Source: Heterodontus francisci
Lineage: Eukaryota
Assembly (NCBI RefSeq): GCF_036365525.1
Contig: NC_090374.1
Span: forward strand, 149,819,804-149,883,803
DNA: 64,000 bases
Direction of reading: 5' to 3'
Part shown: positions 1 to 10,929 of the stretch, piece by piece
Numbering within the stretch: position 1 is the first letter of the stretch
Layout of the letters: each line of letters opens with the position of its first letter
Made by a program: the position numbers and the translations under genes
The notes under the pieces: model-generated
Told to the model about the DNA's origin: nothing
Databases searched by the model: none
The model's input: only the letters and a program-made list of their open reading frames with translations

Positions 1-79
1 GAGGCTCGATGGTGTATGGCCCAAGCAGATAAACTTTCAATTGATATTAAAGGTAGATTATTCACCCTGCAGTGTGTTA

Positions 80-2525
80 TCCCAGATAAAACAATAACAA
101 CTGGCATTTATAAAACACCTTTAATGTAGAAAAAATCCCAAGGCGCTTGCTTCACAGAGGCATAATCAGACAAAAATGGACACTAAGCCAAAGATAGAGT
201 AACCAAAAACCTTTGTCAAAGGAGTGGGTTTTAAGGAGCATCTTAAAGGAGGAGAGGGAGGCAGAGGGGTTTAGGGAGGGAATTGCAGAGTATAGGGCCT
301 AGATGGCTGAAGGAAGAGGGTTGTGTACAAAAGACCAGTCAGAGGAGTAAACAGTTTGGAAGGGGTATTGTAAGGCTGGAGGAGGTTAAACACAAGGATG
401 AGAATTTAAATTGGAGGCATTTGGAGAGTAGGAGTAAATGTAGGTCAGTGAGCATAGGGGTAATGGGTGAGTGGGATGGTGCAGGTTAGGATATGGCAGA
501 GTATCGGGTGATCAGAAGTTTATGGAGGATTTGAGGCAGGCCAGAAGAGTATCGGGGTAGTTGAGTCTGCAGGTGACAAAGGGATGGATGAAGGTTTTGG
601 TAGCAGACGTTACAGTAGGTGATCTTTGTGATGAACTTGAGGTTCAAAGCTCAACCTAGGTTCAAATAGGATGCCAAGGTTGTGAACAGTCTGGTTCAGC
701 ATGAGACAGTGTCCAGGGAGTGGGGGGGGGGGGATGAAATCGGTCACGAGGAGTTTGTGGCACAGATTGAAGACAATCACTTCGACCTTCCAATGTTTAA
801 TCAGAGGAAATTACAGCTCATCCAGGACTGAATACCAGACAAGCAATCTGACATAAAGAGGTCCAGGGATCGAGAGAGATGGTTGTGGGGTAAAGCTGGG
901 TGTTATCAGCGTACATATGGAAGCTGACCTTGTGTTGATGTTCCCATGTAGATGAGTTAAAGGAGAGAGCCAAGATGCTCCAGCTAGGACTGGATAGATA
1001 AAAGGTCCACTGAACTGGACTTTGAAGGAGAGGCATTAGAGGAGGTATAGTGCACCGTGGTAATAGTCACAAAGGATGTCATTTGTGACTTTGATTCGAA
1101 CCATTTAAGTGCTGGGCTAGGGGCAGAAACCTGATTAGAGAGATTCAAGCATGCAATAGCAGGAAAGATGGGTATAGATTTTAGAGTTGACAAGATATTC
1201 AAGGACCTTGGAGAGGAAAGGGAGTTTGGAGATGGGGTGATAGTTTGCAAGGACAGAGAGGTTGAAGGTTTTTTTTTCAGGAGTGGGCTGATGACAGAGA
1301 TTTTGAGGAGTATTTGAGGAGAGGAATAGAAGTTGAGAGGTTAGCACTTTAGTGGGAATGGGGTCAAGGGAGCAAGAAGTGGGACTCATGGACAAAATGA
1401 GTTTTTGAGAGAGCATGAGTGTTGATAGGGAAGCTATAGAAAGTTATTAGTTCAAGGCTAAAGCTAGGGGAAACCTTGGGTGAAGCTTGGCTTGTTGGAC
1501 AGGATGAAGGGCAGCAGAGGCAGCTGAACCGATGATTTCGATCTTAATGATAAAGATGTCCGCAGGCTTCTCATAAGTTGTTATAGGTGTTGGTGGAGGT
1601 GGTAGATGAGAGGGGTTTCAGGCGATGGTTAGTAGTGGAGAAAAGATGCCATGAGCTATCTTTGTTCTGCAGCAGGGATCGCTGACCTTTTCCTGAGTGT
1701 GAGCTACTTCTGATAATGGAAAAAAACACGTTTACTGACAACTGCCCCCACTAGGTGGCACACTATTCGCACATACACAAATGACCGAAACATCCTTGAC
1801 GTCTCAGGCAGCTGCCAGTAATAAAGATGGTGCTGCTCAATTTGGCATAAAAGGCTCTTCCCCCATGGCCGCTTCTCTTCGCCTCTCCCCCCACCCCACT
1901 CCAGCCTGCTCGCCGCCCCCCCTCGCCAGTCGCTGCTCATGCCCCCCCACCCCTGCTGCTTGCTGCTGACTGCTTCCCGCTTGCCACTCGAATGCACACT
2001 CGCCGTTCGCCACTCGCTCACTGCACCACCCCTGGCTCCTTCACCGCTCCGCCTTCCCCCTCCACTGCTCCAACCCCCACTCGCCACTCCCTTGCTGCTG
2101 GGCTCGCCATTCGGAACCCCACTTTCTTGCTCGCATCCCCAACATTTGCGGTTGGGCCACCCGCTCTCCGCTTGCTCCCCCAACATTCACCACTGAGCCC
2201 CCTGCTTGCTGCTCACTTCCCGAACGGCCGCTCCCTCGGTGTTCGCTGCTGTCCACCGCTCACTGTTCCCATTGTGACATCAGTACATGGTGATGTCAGT
2301 ACACAGTGACATCAGGATGCACATGCCCGGATTAATGCTGGCAGGATGACGTGAGCGATCAGGAGAATTTTGTGAGCTACTCAAAGGCTGACACGAGCTA
2401 CTGGTAGTTCACGATCGACGTGTTGGCGACCCCTGCTCTGCAGGGTGATCTTGGAGTAATGGGTGGTTTTGGCAGGGGAAAGTGTGGCCTGGTAGCGGTT
2501 GATGTGGTCACTCCAGATCTGGTGG
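80..2525 (-). mobile_element. Decayed L2-clade LINE (RT fragments), interrupted by a hAT MITE
   Basis: Minus-strand fragments SCSLDPIPTKVL, NYHPISKLPFLSKVLE and FHMYADNTQLY (YADD-like) are typical of L2/CR1-group RT; many frameshifts; ends approximate. Confidence 0.7.
1673..2435. mobile_element. Non-autonomous hAT (Charlie-like) DNA transposon/MITE
   Basis: Imperfect TIRs CAGGGATCGCTGAC (1673) and GTTGGCGACCCCTG (ends 2435); 8-bp TSD TTCTGCAG (1665-1672) / CTCTGCAG (2436-2443). Confidence 0.75.
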
Positions 2526-2529
2526 TGGA

Positions 2530-2820
2530 TGGCTGAACCAATTGTGTGCCAGATATCTCAAGTCTGCACCTCTTGGATTTGAGGGACTGAAGATGAAACC
2601 CATACGAGGGAGAAATGATCAGAAGTGTGAAGAGATAGATTTTGGTAGTAAGAAAGAGGGGAGACAATATAAACTAAATGGTATTTTAAAGGGGTGCAGT
2701 AACAGAGACAACTGGAACTGCATGTACACAAGTCTTTGAAGGTGGCAGAACAAGTTGAGAAGGCTGTTAAAGAAGCATACAGGATTGGTGGCTTTGTAAA
2801 TAGAGGCATAGAGCACAAAA
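2530..2820 (+). mobile_element. Old CR1 LINE fragment
   Basis: Degenerate EKCE.I.FG.K...QYKLNG..LK and VKEAYR..GFVNRGIEHK match CR1 ORF2 copies elsewhere in the window. Confidence 0.6.
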
Positions 2821-3339
2821 TTGGACTTCTATAGTGCCATTGCTGCCAGCATAATGGAAGCTCTGAAGCAAGAAAAGGGCGCTGCTGCACATCCAGCATG
2901 ACCCACGCCATGCCTATGCTGGGAACGGCACTAGTGCAGATGTGCCATGCGCCGGAAGGGTCAGGAGTAATGCTGTCATGATGTCAAACAGCTGTTCTGG
3001 CAAAGTTTTAGGAACTTTGTCTGCATAGTGCCAATGAAAACCTATGCTGATCACTCCTAGCTGCATGAGGGGCCCCCCAACAGTGCCATTGAAAGAGCCA
3101 AAACATCAGCTTGCAGCTGAGATGCTTTTGACTTACCTCTGCATAGGCTGAGTTTGTGGAACTACTGTGCTGCATTTTTGGAGGTGTTTTGGAGATCTAG
3201 TGCTTATAAACCAGGGAGGATATAGAACTTGATGAACAAAGTATGGAGGCTGTGGTTGCAGTGCCTCTTGGTCTGCAACTTGACCATCAAATGGAATGAA
3301 GGCTGCAGAGAGGAGAAGCTCTGTGAAGAGGGGGCTCTC

Positions 3340-4100
3340 CACAGAAGGCCTTACCCAACAAGGGTTTTACAGGAACAGTTCACTTACCTCCACCTAACCC
3401 AGGAGCAATGCCTAAGGCCACTCAGGGTCTATTATATCTCATGGTTGTTTTCTGGTTCCCATATGTTGGAAATAATCACACTTTAGACTTGGAAAGGCTG
3501 GAGTTCCTTGTTTATTCCATTCAGCATTCATGCTCTTTGGTATAAGACTGCCTTAGGCTGGTGTCCTGTAACACATCACATGACTTTCTAGTGCCGCTGT
3601 GAATGTGCCCCCAGAACACTGACACATAACAATTAGTTCCTAGCTAATTAGTTCCTAGCACTTTACAGATTGTACAATATATAACAGGTTCATCAAGGAT
3701 GTGCTGACTAAACTGTGCCACCTCCTTCAACCCAACTTTGAGCCTTGCACTAGGACAAGGCAGCCCTGCCATTCAGTGTCAATGTCACAATGGCATTGAA
3801 CTTTTATATGTTCGGGTCTTTCCATGCGGGAACAGGCGACATCTCAGGCATTTCCCTGTACGCCATCCATTGAAGCATCCCAGAAGTTAGGGAGGCTATC
3901 TATTCCAGAAGGGCTTTCTCCCTCAACAGAGAGAAGCAGGATGATAGGCCACATGACTTAGCCAGGATAGCGGGATTCCTAATAGTGCATAATGCCATTG
4001 ACTCTGCGGGCCCTCCATGTCAATGGGAAAAGGTGCAGGAACCTCAAGGGCCACCATTCTATAAACGTGCAGTTGGTGTGCGACCACTCCCAATACATCA
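3340..4100 (+). pseudogene. PIF/Harbinger transposase (HARBI1-like) remnant, split by a solo LTR
   Basis: RRPYPTRV..QFTYLHLTQEQCLR.LR continues after the LTR as FIKDVLTKLCHLL...VTMALNFY.FGSF..GTGDISGIS; homologous to the 61063-61728 ORF. Confidence 0.7.
3430..3686 (-). mobile_element. Solo LTR (Gypsy), same family as the LTR at 20135-20395
   Basis: Starts TATTA (decayed TGTTA) and ends TATAACA; shares GAAATAATCACACTTTA and ACAATTAGTTCCTAGCTAAT with 20135-20395; TSD GGGTC/GGTTC. Confidence 0.75.
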
Positions 4101-5009
4101 TGTTGGTGAATGGTGCACTGCTTCCACTACAGCACTGAGACATTGGGTACCTTCAACCTGTGCTTCAGTGAAAACTGAGACGCTGCTTTGTGGTTGGGTC
4201 CTGTAGTGTTGTTATGGAGTTGGCCATCACTTCCACTGTAGAAAGGATAGGCTCCAAGCTCTGCACGATGCCCTATGCCACGTTGCAGCCAGACTCCTTG
4301 ATGCTCTTTGACAGTGAAAAAGCCAATGCACCAAACATCTCGGTGTGCATCATCATCAGCATTCTCCTGTATTTCACCTCATTGAGTCATCTGCAGCAAA
4401 ATCCATGTGCGACATTGTCCTCCGGAGAGCTGGCATACATGCTACCCTTTCCCCTAGACTGGCTGCAGTCCATTTTTGCCCAGTGACTCACCACATGCTG
4501 ATCCACACTCTGTACGAGCCTCTAAGGCACGCGCAGTGCCAGTATCTGAGCTGGTGGCTGCGGGTGTCAGATCAAGTAACGGTGCTTCCTCACCAGTAGT
4601 GTGGGGTTGCTTTTTGTTTTCATCCTGGGTATGCTTTGGCTGACCAAGTGGCAGTTCTTGGGTATCTGAAAACGTAAAATCTAAAGGAGAGGGTTGGGGT
4701 GAGGGTGGGAGTTGGTCGTGAGATGGAAAGCAAGAGGTCACATCAGCTGCAGTCTGCACATTATGCCAGATAACTGGTTGAGTTGGGAATTGAGAAGGAC
4801 CATAAAGCAGTAGCAATATGCCATCATCAATGTCTCGGTGACATTGGATGCTGTAGGTTCCGTTGTAGCCAAGCCCATGATTCGGAGCACCATCTCCTCT
4901 GCCGGGCTTACTGGATGAATGTGTACCTGGCCTCAGTGTTCTCTGCTGCTCTCTTCTATTGTGTGACATCTTGTCCTACAAGAGGGAAGGCAGAATGTCA
5001 GGGATCAGT

Positions 5010-7250
5010 AGGAGGTATTAGAAAGGCTGGGCTGAACTTAAAGTTGATAAGTCACCAGGTCCAGATGGGATGCATCAGAGGATACTGAGGGAAGTAAGGG
5101 AGGAAATTGTGGAGGCACTGGCCATAATCTTCCAATCCTCCTTAGATACAGGGATGGTGCCAGAGGACTGGAGAATTGCAAATGTTACACCTGTGTTCAA
5201 AAAAGGGCGTAAGGATAAACCCAGTAACTACACAGTGGCGCAGTGGTTAGCACCGCAGCCTCACAGCTCCAGGAACCTGGGTTCGATTCTGGGTGCTGCC
5301 TGTGTGGAGTTTGCAAGTTCTCCCTGTGTCTGCGTGGGTTTCCTCCGGGTGCTCCGGTTTCCTCCCACATGCCAAAGACTTGCAGGTTGATAGGTTAATT
5401 GGCCATTATAAATTGCCCCTAGTATAGGTAGGTGGTAGGGAAATATATAGGGACAGGTGGGGATGTGATAGGAATATGGGATTAGTGTAGGATTAGTATG
5501 AATGGGTGGTTGATGGTCGGCACAGACTCGGTGGGCCGAAGGGCCTGTTTCAGTGCTGTATCTCTAAACTAAAACTAAACTAAACTACAGGTCAGTGAGT
5601 CTAACCTTAGTGGTGAGAAAGCTTTTAGAAATGATAATCCAGGACAAAATTAACAGTCACTAGAGCAAGTATGGAAAAGCCAACATGGATTTGTTAAAAG
5701 TAAATCATGTTTAGCTAACTTGATTAAGATTTTTGATGAGGTAACAAAGAAGGTTGATAAGAGCAATGCAGTTGATGTGATGCACATGGATTTCCAAAAG
5801 GCGTTTGATAAAGTACTACAAACTAGGCTTGCCAGCAAAGTTGAAGCTCATGGAATAAAAGGGACAGGGGCAGCATGGATACAAAGTTGGCTGAGTGACA
5901 GGAAACAGAGAGTAGTGGTGAACAGTTGTTTTTTTGGACTGGAGGAAAGTATACAATGGGGTTCTCCAGGGATTGGTACCAGAACCATTGCTTTTCTTGA
6001 TATATATTAATGACCTAGACTTGGGTGTGCAGGGCACACTTTCAAAATTTGCAGATGACACAAAACCTGGAAGTCATAGAGTCATTCACAGCACAGAAGG
6101 AGGTCATTTGGTTTATCGAGTCCATGCCAGCTCTCCACGGAGCTATCCAGTCAGTCGCACTCCCCTGCTCGATCCCTGTAGCCCTGGAAGTTTATTTCCT
6201 TCAAGTGGCCATTCAATTTCCTTTTGAAGTCATTGATTGTCTCCACTTCTACCAATCTTGTGAGCAGAGAGTTCCAGGTCATTACCACCCACTGCGTAAA
6301 AAAGTTCTTCCTTATATTCCCCCTGCATCTCTTGCCAAAACCTTCAAAATGTACCACTGGTAAATGGGAACAGTGTTTCCTTGTCTAACTTATCTAAGCC
6401 TTATCTTGTACACTTGTATCAAATCTCTCCTCAATCTCCTTTATTCTAAGAAGCATTGTGAACTGTAAGGAGGATGCTAATAAGACTTCAAGAGGACATA
6501 GACTGGTAATGGGTGGACAGTGTGAAGTGATACATTTGGTAGGAAGAATGAGGAGAGACAATTTAAAATAAAGGGTGCAATTCTAAAGTGGGTGCAGGAA
6601 CAGAGAGACCTGGTGGTATATGCACAAATCGTGGAAGGTTGAGAAAATGGTTAAAAAGGCATATGAGATCCTCGGCTTTATAAAGAGAGGCATAGAGTAC
6701 AAAAACTGGAGTATTATGTCTAATTCTGGGCACTACACTTTAGGAAGCATGTAAAGACTTTAGAGAGGGCACAGAAAAGATTTACAAGAATGGTTCCAGG
6801 GATGAGAGACTTCAGTTACGTGGACAGATTATTGAGGCTGGGACTGTTCTCCATAGAGAGGAGCAGCTTAAAAGGAGATTTGATAGAGGGGTTCATTATG
6901 AGGGGTCTAGACAGAGTAGATAGAGAGAAATTTTTTCCATTGACAGAAGGGTTGAGAACCAGAGGACACTAATATAAGGTGAATTGCAAAAGAACCAATG
7001 GCGACATGAGGAAAAAAGTTTTTACGCAGTATGTGGTTAGGATCTGGAATGCACTGCCTGAGAGTGTAGTGGAGGCAGATTCAATCGCGGCTTTCAAAAG
7101 GGAATTGAATAAGTATCTGAAGAGAAAATTTTTCAGGGCTGCAGGGTAAGTACAGGGGAGTAGGAGCTGATTTGTTCTTGCAGAAAGCTGGCATGGGCAC
7201 AGTGGGCCAAATGGCTTCTTTCTAGCTGTAACCATTCTGTGATTCTATGA
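5010..7250 (+). mobile_element. 5'-truncated decayed CR1 LINE, with nested SINE (5231-5585) and an antisense CR1 3' fragment (~6075-6450)
   Basis: KSPGPDG-like, VPEDWRIANVTPVFKKG, MDFQKAFDKV, SKFADDTK motifs; 3' ATTCTGTGATTCTATGA tail. Confidence 0.85.
5231..5585 (+). mobile_element. tRNA-derived SINE (HE1/V-SINE-like)
   Basis: A box TGGCGCAGTGG, B box GGTTCGATTC, core TGTGTGGAGTTTGCAAGTTCTCCC, (CTAAA)n tail; further copies at 22811, 44864, 63309. Confidence 0.85.
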
Positions 7251-7641
7251 TTGTACAGCACTGTGTTTGGGTGATATGCCTGCCATAGCTGAATAGCGGG
7301 AGATATATTGAGCCAGCTAGTGGTGGGTGTGAGGCTGCATTCAGTGGAAGGTGCGTGACAGTGAAGTGGATTATGTGAATGTTAAGCATGAGTCCTGAGT
7401 GCTAAGGACTGTTGCTGAATGAGTGATGGGGTTGTGGTGCATTGAGCAGCGTGTGAAGTTGGTGGTGTGGTGGGTAGGAGATGTTATGTGCAGATGCATT
7501 CACTGACCTGACCACCGCATGGAGTCATTAAATTCTTCCAGCACTGCTGTCAGGTCCTTGGGGCCAGACTGCTGGAATTGACCTCCATGGCAACATGCTC
7601 TCACTCCCTTCGGAGGGTGTTCCTTGAGGGCCTTTTGGCCC

Positions 7642-7898
7642 TGTTATGTGATCGCCTTTAAGAGTGATGTCCCTTTAAGAGCTTAGTATGCTAATGAGCC
7701 AAATACCAGGATGCAGTCATGTGACTCAGAGACAGAGTCACTCTGCAACTGTAACACCCAGAGTAAGGTTCTGTAAATAGTTCGCTCAGTACTGTCTAAT
7801 AGTTTAACTGTTTAATTAACCTGTTTGAGATCTTCAACAACCTGGACTCCATGCATCTCAATTATGTTGCATCAGTCAACATAAAAGAACTCATTATA
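7642..7898 (+). repeat. 5' LTR of the myc-bearing element
   Basis: TG start; direct repeat of 10453-10710; followed immediately by the PBS. Confidence 0.92.
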
Positions 7899-7913
7899 TG
7901 GTGGCAGCTGTGG
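7899..7913 (+). promoter_or_regulatory. Primer binding site, tRNA-Leu type
   Basis: TGGTGGCAGCTGTGG matches the complement of the vertebrate tRNA-Leu(AAG) 3' end, TGGTGGCAGCGGTGG, at 14/15 positions. Confidence 0.8.
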
Positions 7914-8592
7914 TGAAAAGACAAAGTCTAAGATTGAAGACCACAGGTAAAACAGCTGTAAAAACTAGCCTTCCTACAACCAAAAGAGAGAAAGTTCCAC
8001 AAAAATACTAGCCCAAACAGTAGAAAGAAAAAAGGAACTTGCCTCCAGCTGTAGAAGACAGAGGACAGAATGACAGGCTGCAAGTAAATTGGGTGAGTTG
8101 TTGTGCCAACTGGCTTAAAAAAAAGCTTTGAAGTCCTTCAAAAGATTGCCTTTTTCTAAAAGCTCTGTGTAAAAATAAACAGGGAAGATCTGACTCCTCT
8201 GCCAGGCTGATCAAGGTCGGCGGCATTACAGGAGACGCCCGATTTCAAAAAGCACGGGAAAACCATATCATTGCAGAACATCATCCACGCAACCAAAGTT
8301 AAAAAAACATTAAACTACTTGAGCATGAATAAGAGCTTCCATTCATGAAGCCACAGTAAAAAGACCCATTAAAACAACTCAAGCATGAAGAACATAAACA
8401 AACTCTAGCAGCTAATGAGCAGCTGTGTAAACAAAACAGGCTTAAATGCTGGATGCAGGATAAACACACAACATGAGCAAACACCTCCTCTGAATCAAAG
8501 CTGGTATAAATAACAGTATCTTAAAGAGGAAACCATGCAGAGTCATAGAATAAGTCTTAAAGCAAGTTTTAAAGCAAAAGAAAAGCAGAAAT

Positions 8593-9300
8593 ATGGATAT
8601 CAAATTTCCCAGCATGAACTGGAAGGCCTTGGATATCCTATCCGAGTTCCAACTGTTCAAACAAAGAATGCAGTTATTCTGCACAGACCAAATAATTGTA
8701 GAACCAGAAAAACAGGCTGTAAAAATACTAATAGCAGTTAGAAATGAGAGATTACACAGAATCAACACCTCTGGACAATCTTACGAGGACCAGAAAGATC
8801 CCGCAAAGATATGGAAAGTGCTAGAAGATCAGCTCCGATTGCGAATGAATTTTAGAATTCACCGCCTGGAATTGATGTCCTACAGGCAACAGCCACAGAA
8901 ATCAATAGACCAGTTCATCAGTAGATGCCGTAGTAAGGGCAATGAATGCAACTTCTCAGAAACTGAGCTGTCGGACTGAATAATAGAACTAGTTATTGTA
9001 TCAACACCCATTGAAGCATTTCAGAAAGACCTCTTGGGGCAAAAGAACGGTCACAGCATTGGTGCGCTGCTGGAAGATGGCAGGAAATATGAAGCCATTG
9101 TAGCTGGACAACAGCACCTGTAAGCACCAGCTGCAGCCAACAGAATCTGCACCATAACCAGGTCGAAAAAAGCAAGCAAGCTGTGTGGTAAGTGCAGTCA
9201 CAGTGAAATTGCCCTGCATTTCGTGACCTGTGCAAGGCGTGCAGTGCAAAAGGACACCGGGCTCGCCTATGCAAGAAATCTGGCTCCAAAGACACAGCCA
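8593..9300 (+). pseudogene. Gypsy gag (decayed) with CCHC zinc knuckle
   Basis: ORF 8593-8979 MNWKALDILSEFQLFKQRMQLF...YRQQPQKSIDQFISRCR; downstream CKACSAKGHRARLC (CX2CX4HX4C) at 9231-9272; internal stops. Confidence 0.85.
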
Positions 9301-9455
9301 GAAGTCACAATAGGAAACAGACAGACAACAGGTGCAGCAACAGAGCAAGGAGAACACCAGAGTCCTGCATAAACGTAAGCATACACAAAGTCCACATCAA
9401 AACAGACCTGAAACAAGACTCAACGAGGAGTAATTCTCAGCCAGAAGACAAACAG

Positions 9456-9840
9456 GTGTTCCACATTGTGAACCTGACACATCACATTGATGAAGTCAAA
9501 CAACTGGAAGCTTTCACCACTATTAACATCAAGTGCCCAAAGAAAGCTGGCAAACATACATTCTGGGTCAAGTCTGACATAGGCGCTAGCGCAAATATCC
9601 TATCAGTCCGAATACTCAAAGATATGTACCAGAATCATTGGAAATCAATGATACAACTGACAACTGCCAAGTTATCTGCATACAATGGGTCACCCATTCC
9701 TTGCAGTGGCACATTAACAATGAAATACAGCTATGGGAAACCACAGGTATTCTACCTAGTAGATACAAGCAGACCAGCAGTGGCAGCATTATTAGCGTGT
9801 AAGGACCTCAACATCATAACTATCCACGAGAGCATTGCCA
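9456..9840 (+). pseudogene. Retropepsin-type aspartic protease (degenerate active site), N-terminal part of ORF 9456-9977
   Basis: VKSDIGASANIL (D-T-G-A like), LSAYNGSPIPCSG, FYLVDT, ACKDLNII. Confidence 0.8.
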
Positions 9841-9879
9841 AAGGAAAATCTCCAAGGACTGGGACCCACTTGCAGACTC

Positions 9880-10295
9880 TGACCAGCATCAAACGGTGCA
9901 TTCTGGAAATCCAGCAACAGCATAACTATGCCGCGCCTTCACTTCTGCTCTCTAGAGAACCGCCAGCACCACAATGAGCCAGACGGACAGGTACCTCCAT
10001 GAGGGCAAGTACTCCTCCCCCAACAAGTCCTCAACCTTGAACCCAAGACCTTCAGGTACGGAGGATGAGGAGAGGTGATGGACACGCAATGTCCAGAGGA
10101 GGCAGAGGAGGAATGAGTTGAAGCATTGTTAATTGGTTCTTCGAGATGAGGTGCTGGAACTCTCCAAGGTCTCAAAAGTGGTCATCTTGAGAAAAGCAAC
10201 AGAGTTTGTTAGCAGGCTGAAGGCAGAGCAACAGAAACTGAATGCAGAGAGGGAGAAACTTCAGAAAGAACAGCAACAGATGAGAAGCAAATTCT
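9880..10295 (+). pseudogene. MYC-family: Captured Myc-family C-terminal fragment (Myc box IV, NLS-like motif, bHLH-LZ), decayed
   Basis: KRCILEIQQQHNYAAP (9891-9938) vs c-Myc KRCHVSTHQHNYAAP; after a frameshift near 9983: [82 protein letters not shown] vs c-Myc [69 protein letters not shown]. Confidence 0.92.
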
Positions 10296-10438
10296 CCGAC
10301 CAAGAGTTGTCAAACCACCAAGACGATATATGGACCTTTGAGCCTCTATACTTGTAAAGTTCACAATATCTATACCTGTGTAAATAATTTTGATGTTATC
10401 TAATTTTATGTGTTTTTACTTTTAGCATACGAGTCTTT

Positions 10439-10452
10439 GGAAAGAACGGAGA
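10439..10452 (+). promoter_or_regulatory. Polypurine tract
   Basis: GGAAAGAACGGAGA immediately before the 3' LTR. Confidence 0.7.
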
Positions 10453-10710
10453 TGGTGTATAATCACCTTTCAAGAGTGATGTCCCTTTAAGATCTTAGAA
10501 TGATAATGACCCAAGTACCAGGACGCAGTCATGTGACTCGGAGCCAGAGTCACTCTGCTACAGTAACACCTAGAGTCAGGTTCTGTAAATAGTTAGCTCT
10601 GTACTGTATAATAGTTGAGCTGTTTAATAAACCTGTTTGAGATCTTCAACAACCTAGACTCCACACATCTCATTTATGTTGCATCAGACAACATAAAAGA
10701 ACTCATTACT
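10453..10710 (+). repeat. 3' LTR of the myc-bearing element
   Basis: Direct repeat of 7642-7898; contains AATAAA; followed by TSD GGCCC. Confidence 0.92.
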
Positions 10711-10929
10711 GGCCCCCCACAGAAATATGGCCTCCCTCCTCCTGTCCACCTCCTGTCCACCTCCATGACAAGGGCCTCCAGCACAACATCCTCAAACCAC
10801 GAAGCCCTCTCTCTGCCCTGGTGATCCATCTCCCTTGGTTGCAATTGCATCAGCAGTATTCAATAGCAGTCTCCTGTGAATCAGTACAGCTTCCCTTTAA
10901 GAGTGACAGTCTGCCTTTAAGAGCTGGAG

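Larger units (their letters stand above)
7642..10710 (+). mobile_element. Non-autonomous Ty3/Gypsy LTR retrotransposon carrying a captured Myc-family fragment
   Basis: 5' LTR 7642-7898 and 3' LTR 10453-10710 (about 30 differences in ~257 bp by eye); TSD GGCCC at 7637-7641 and 10711-10715; PBS, PPT, gag and protease present; no RT or integrase core. Confidence 0.92.
4200..10829 (-). pseudogene. Harbinger Myb/SANT-like (NAIF1-like) DNA-binding gene remnant, fragmented by insertions
   Basis: ATG at 10829-10827 gives MDHQGRERASWFEDVVLEALVMEVDRR; continues left of the LTR element (7641-7500) as ..EHVAMEVNSSSLAPRT*QQCWK; next exon near 4975 begins DKMSHNRREQQRT; convergent with the transposase remnant as in two-gene Harbingers. 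Confidence 0.6.

Noticed and set aside
1704-2309. Pro/Gly-rich ORFs as a gene
   Set aside because: Low-complexity GC-rich interior of a hAT MITE with no recognisable domain
5231-5300. tRNA genes at A/B-box motifs (also 12600, 13585, 22811, 63672)
   Set aside because: These are SINE heads followed by SINE bodies; no complete cloverleaf
9880-10357. Myc segment as a functional host MYC gene or exon
   Set aside because: Three stops and a frameshift, no upstream Myc boxes or supporting exons, and it lies between paired LTRs
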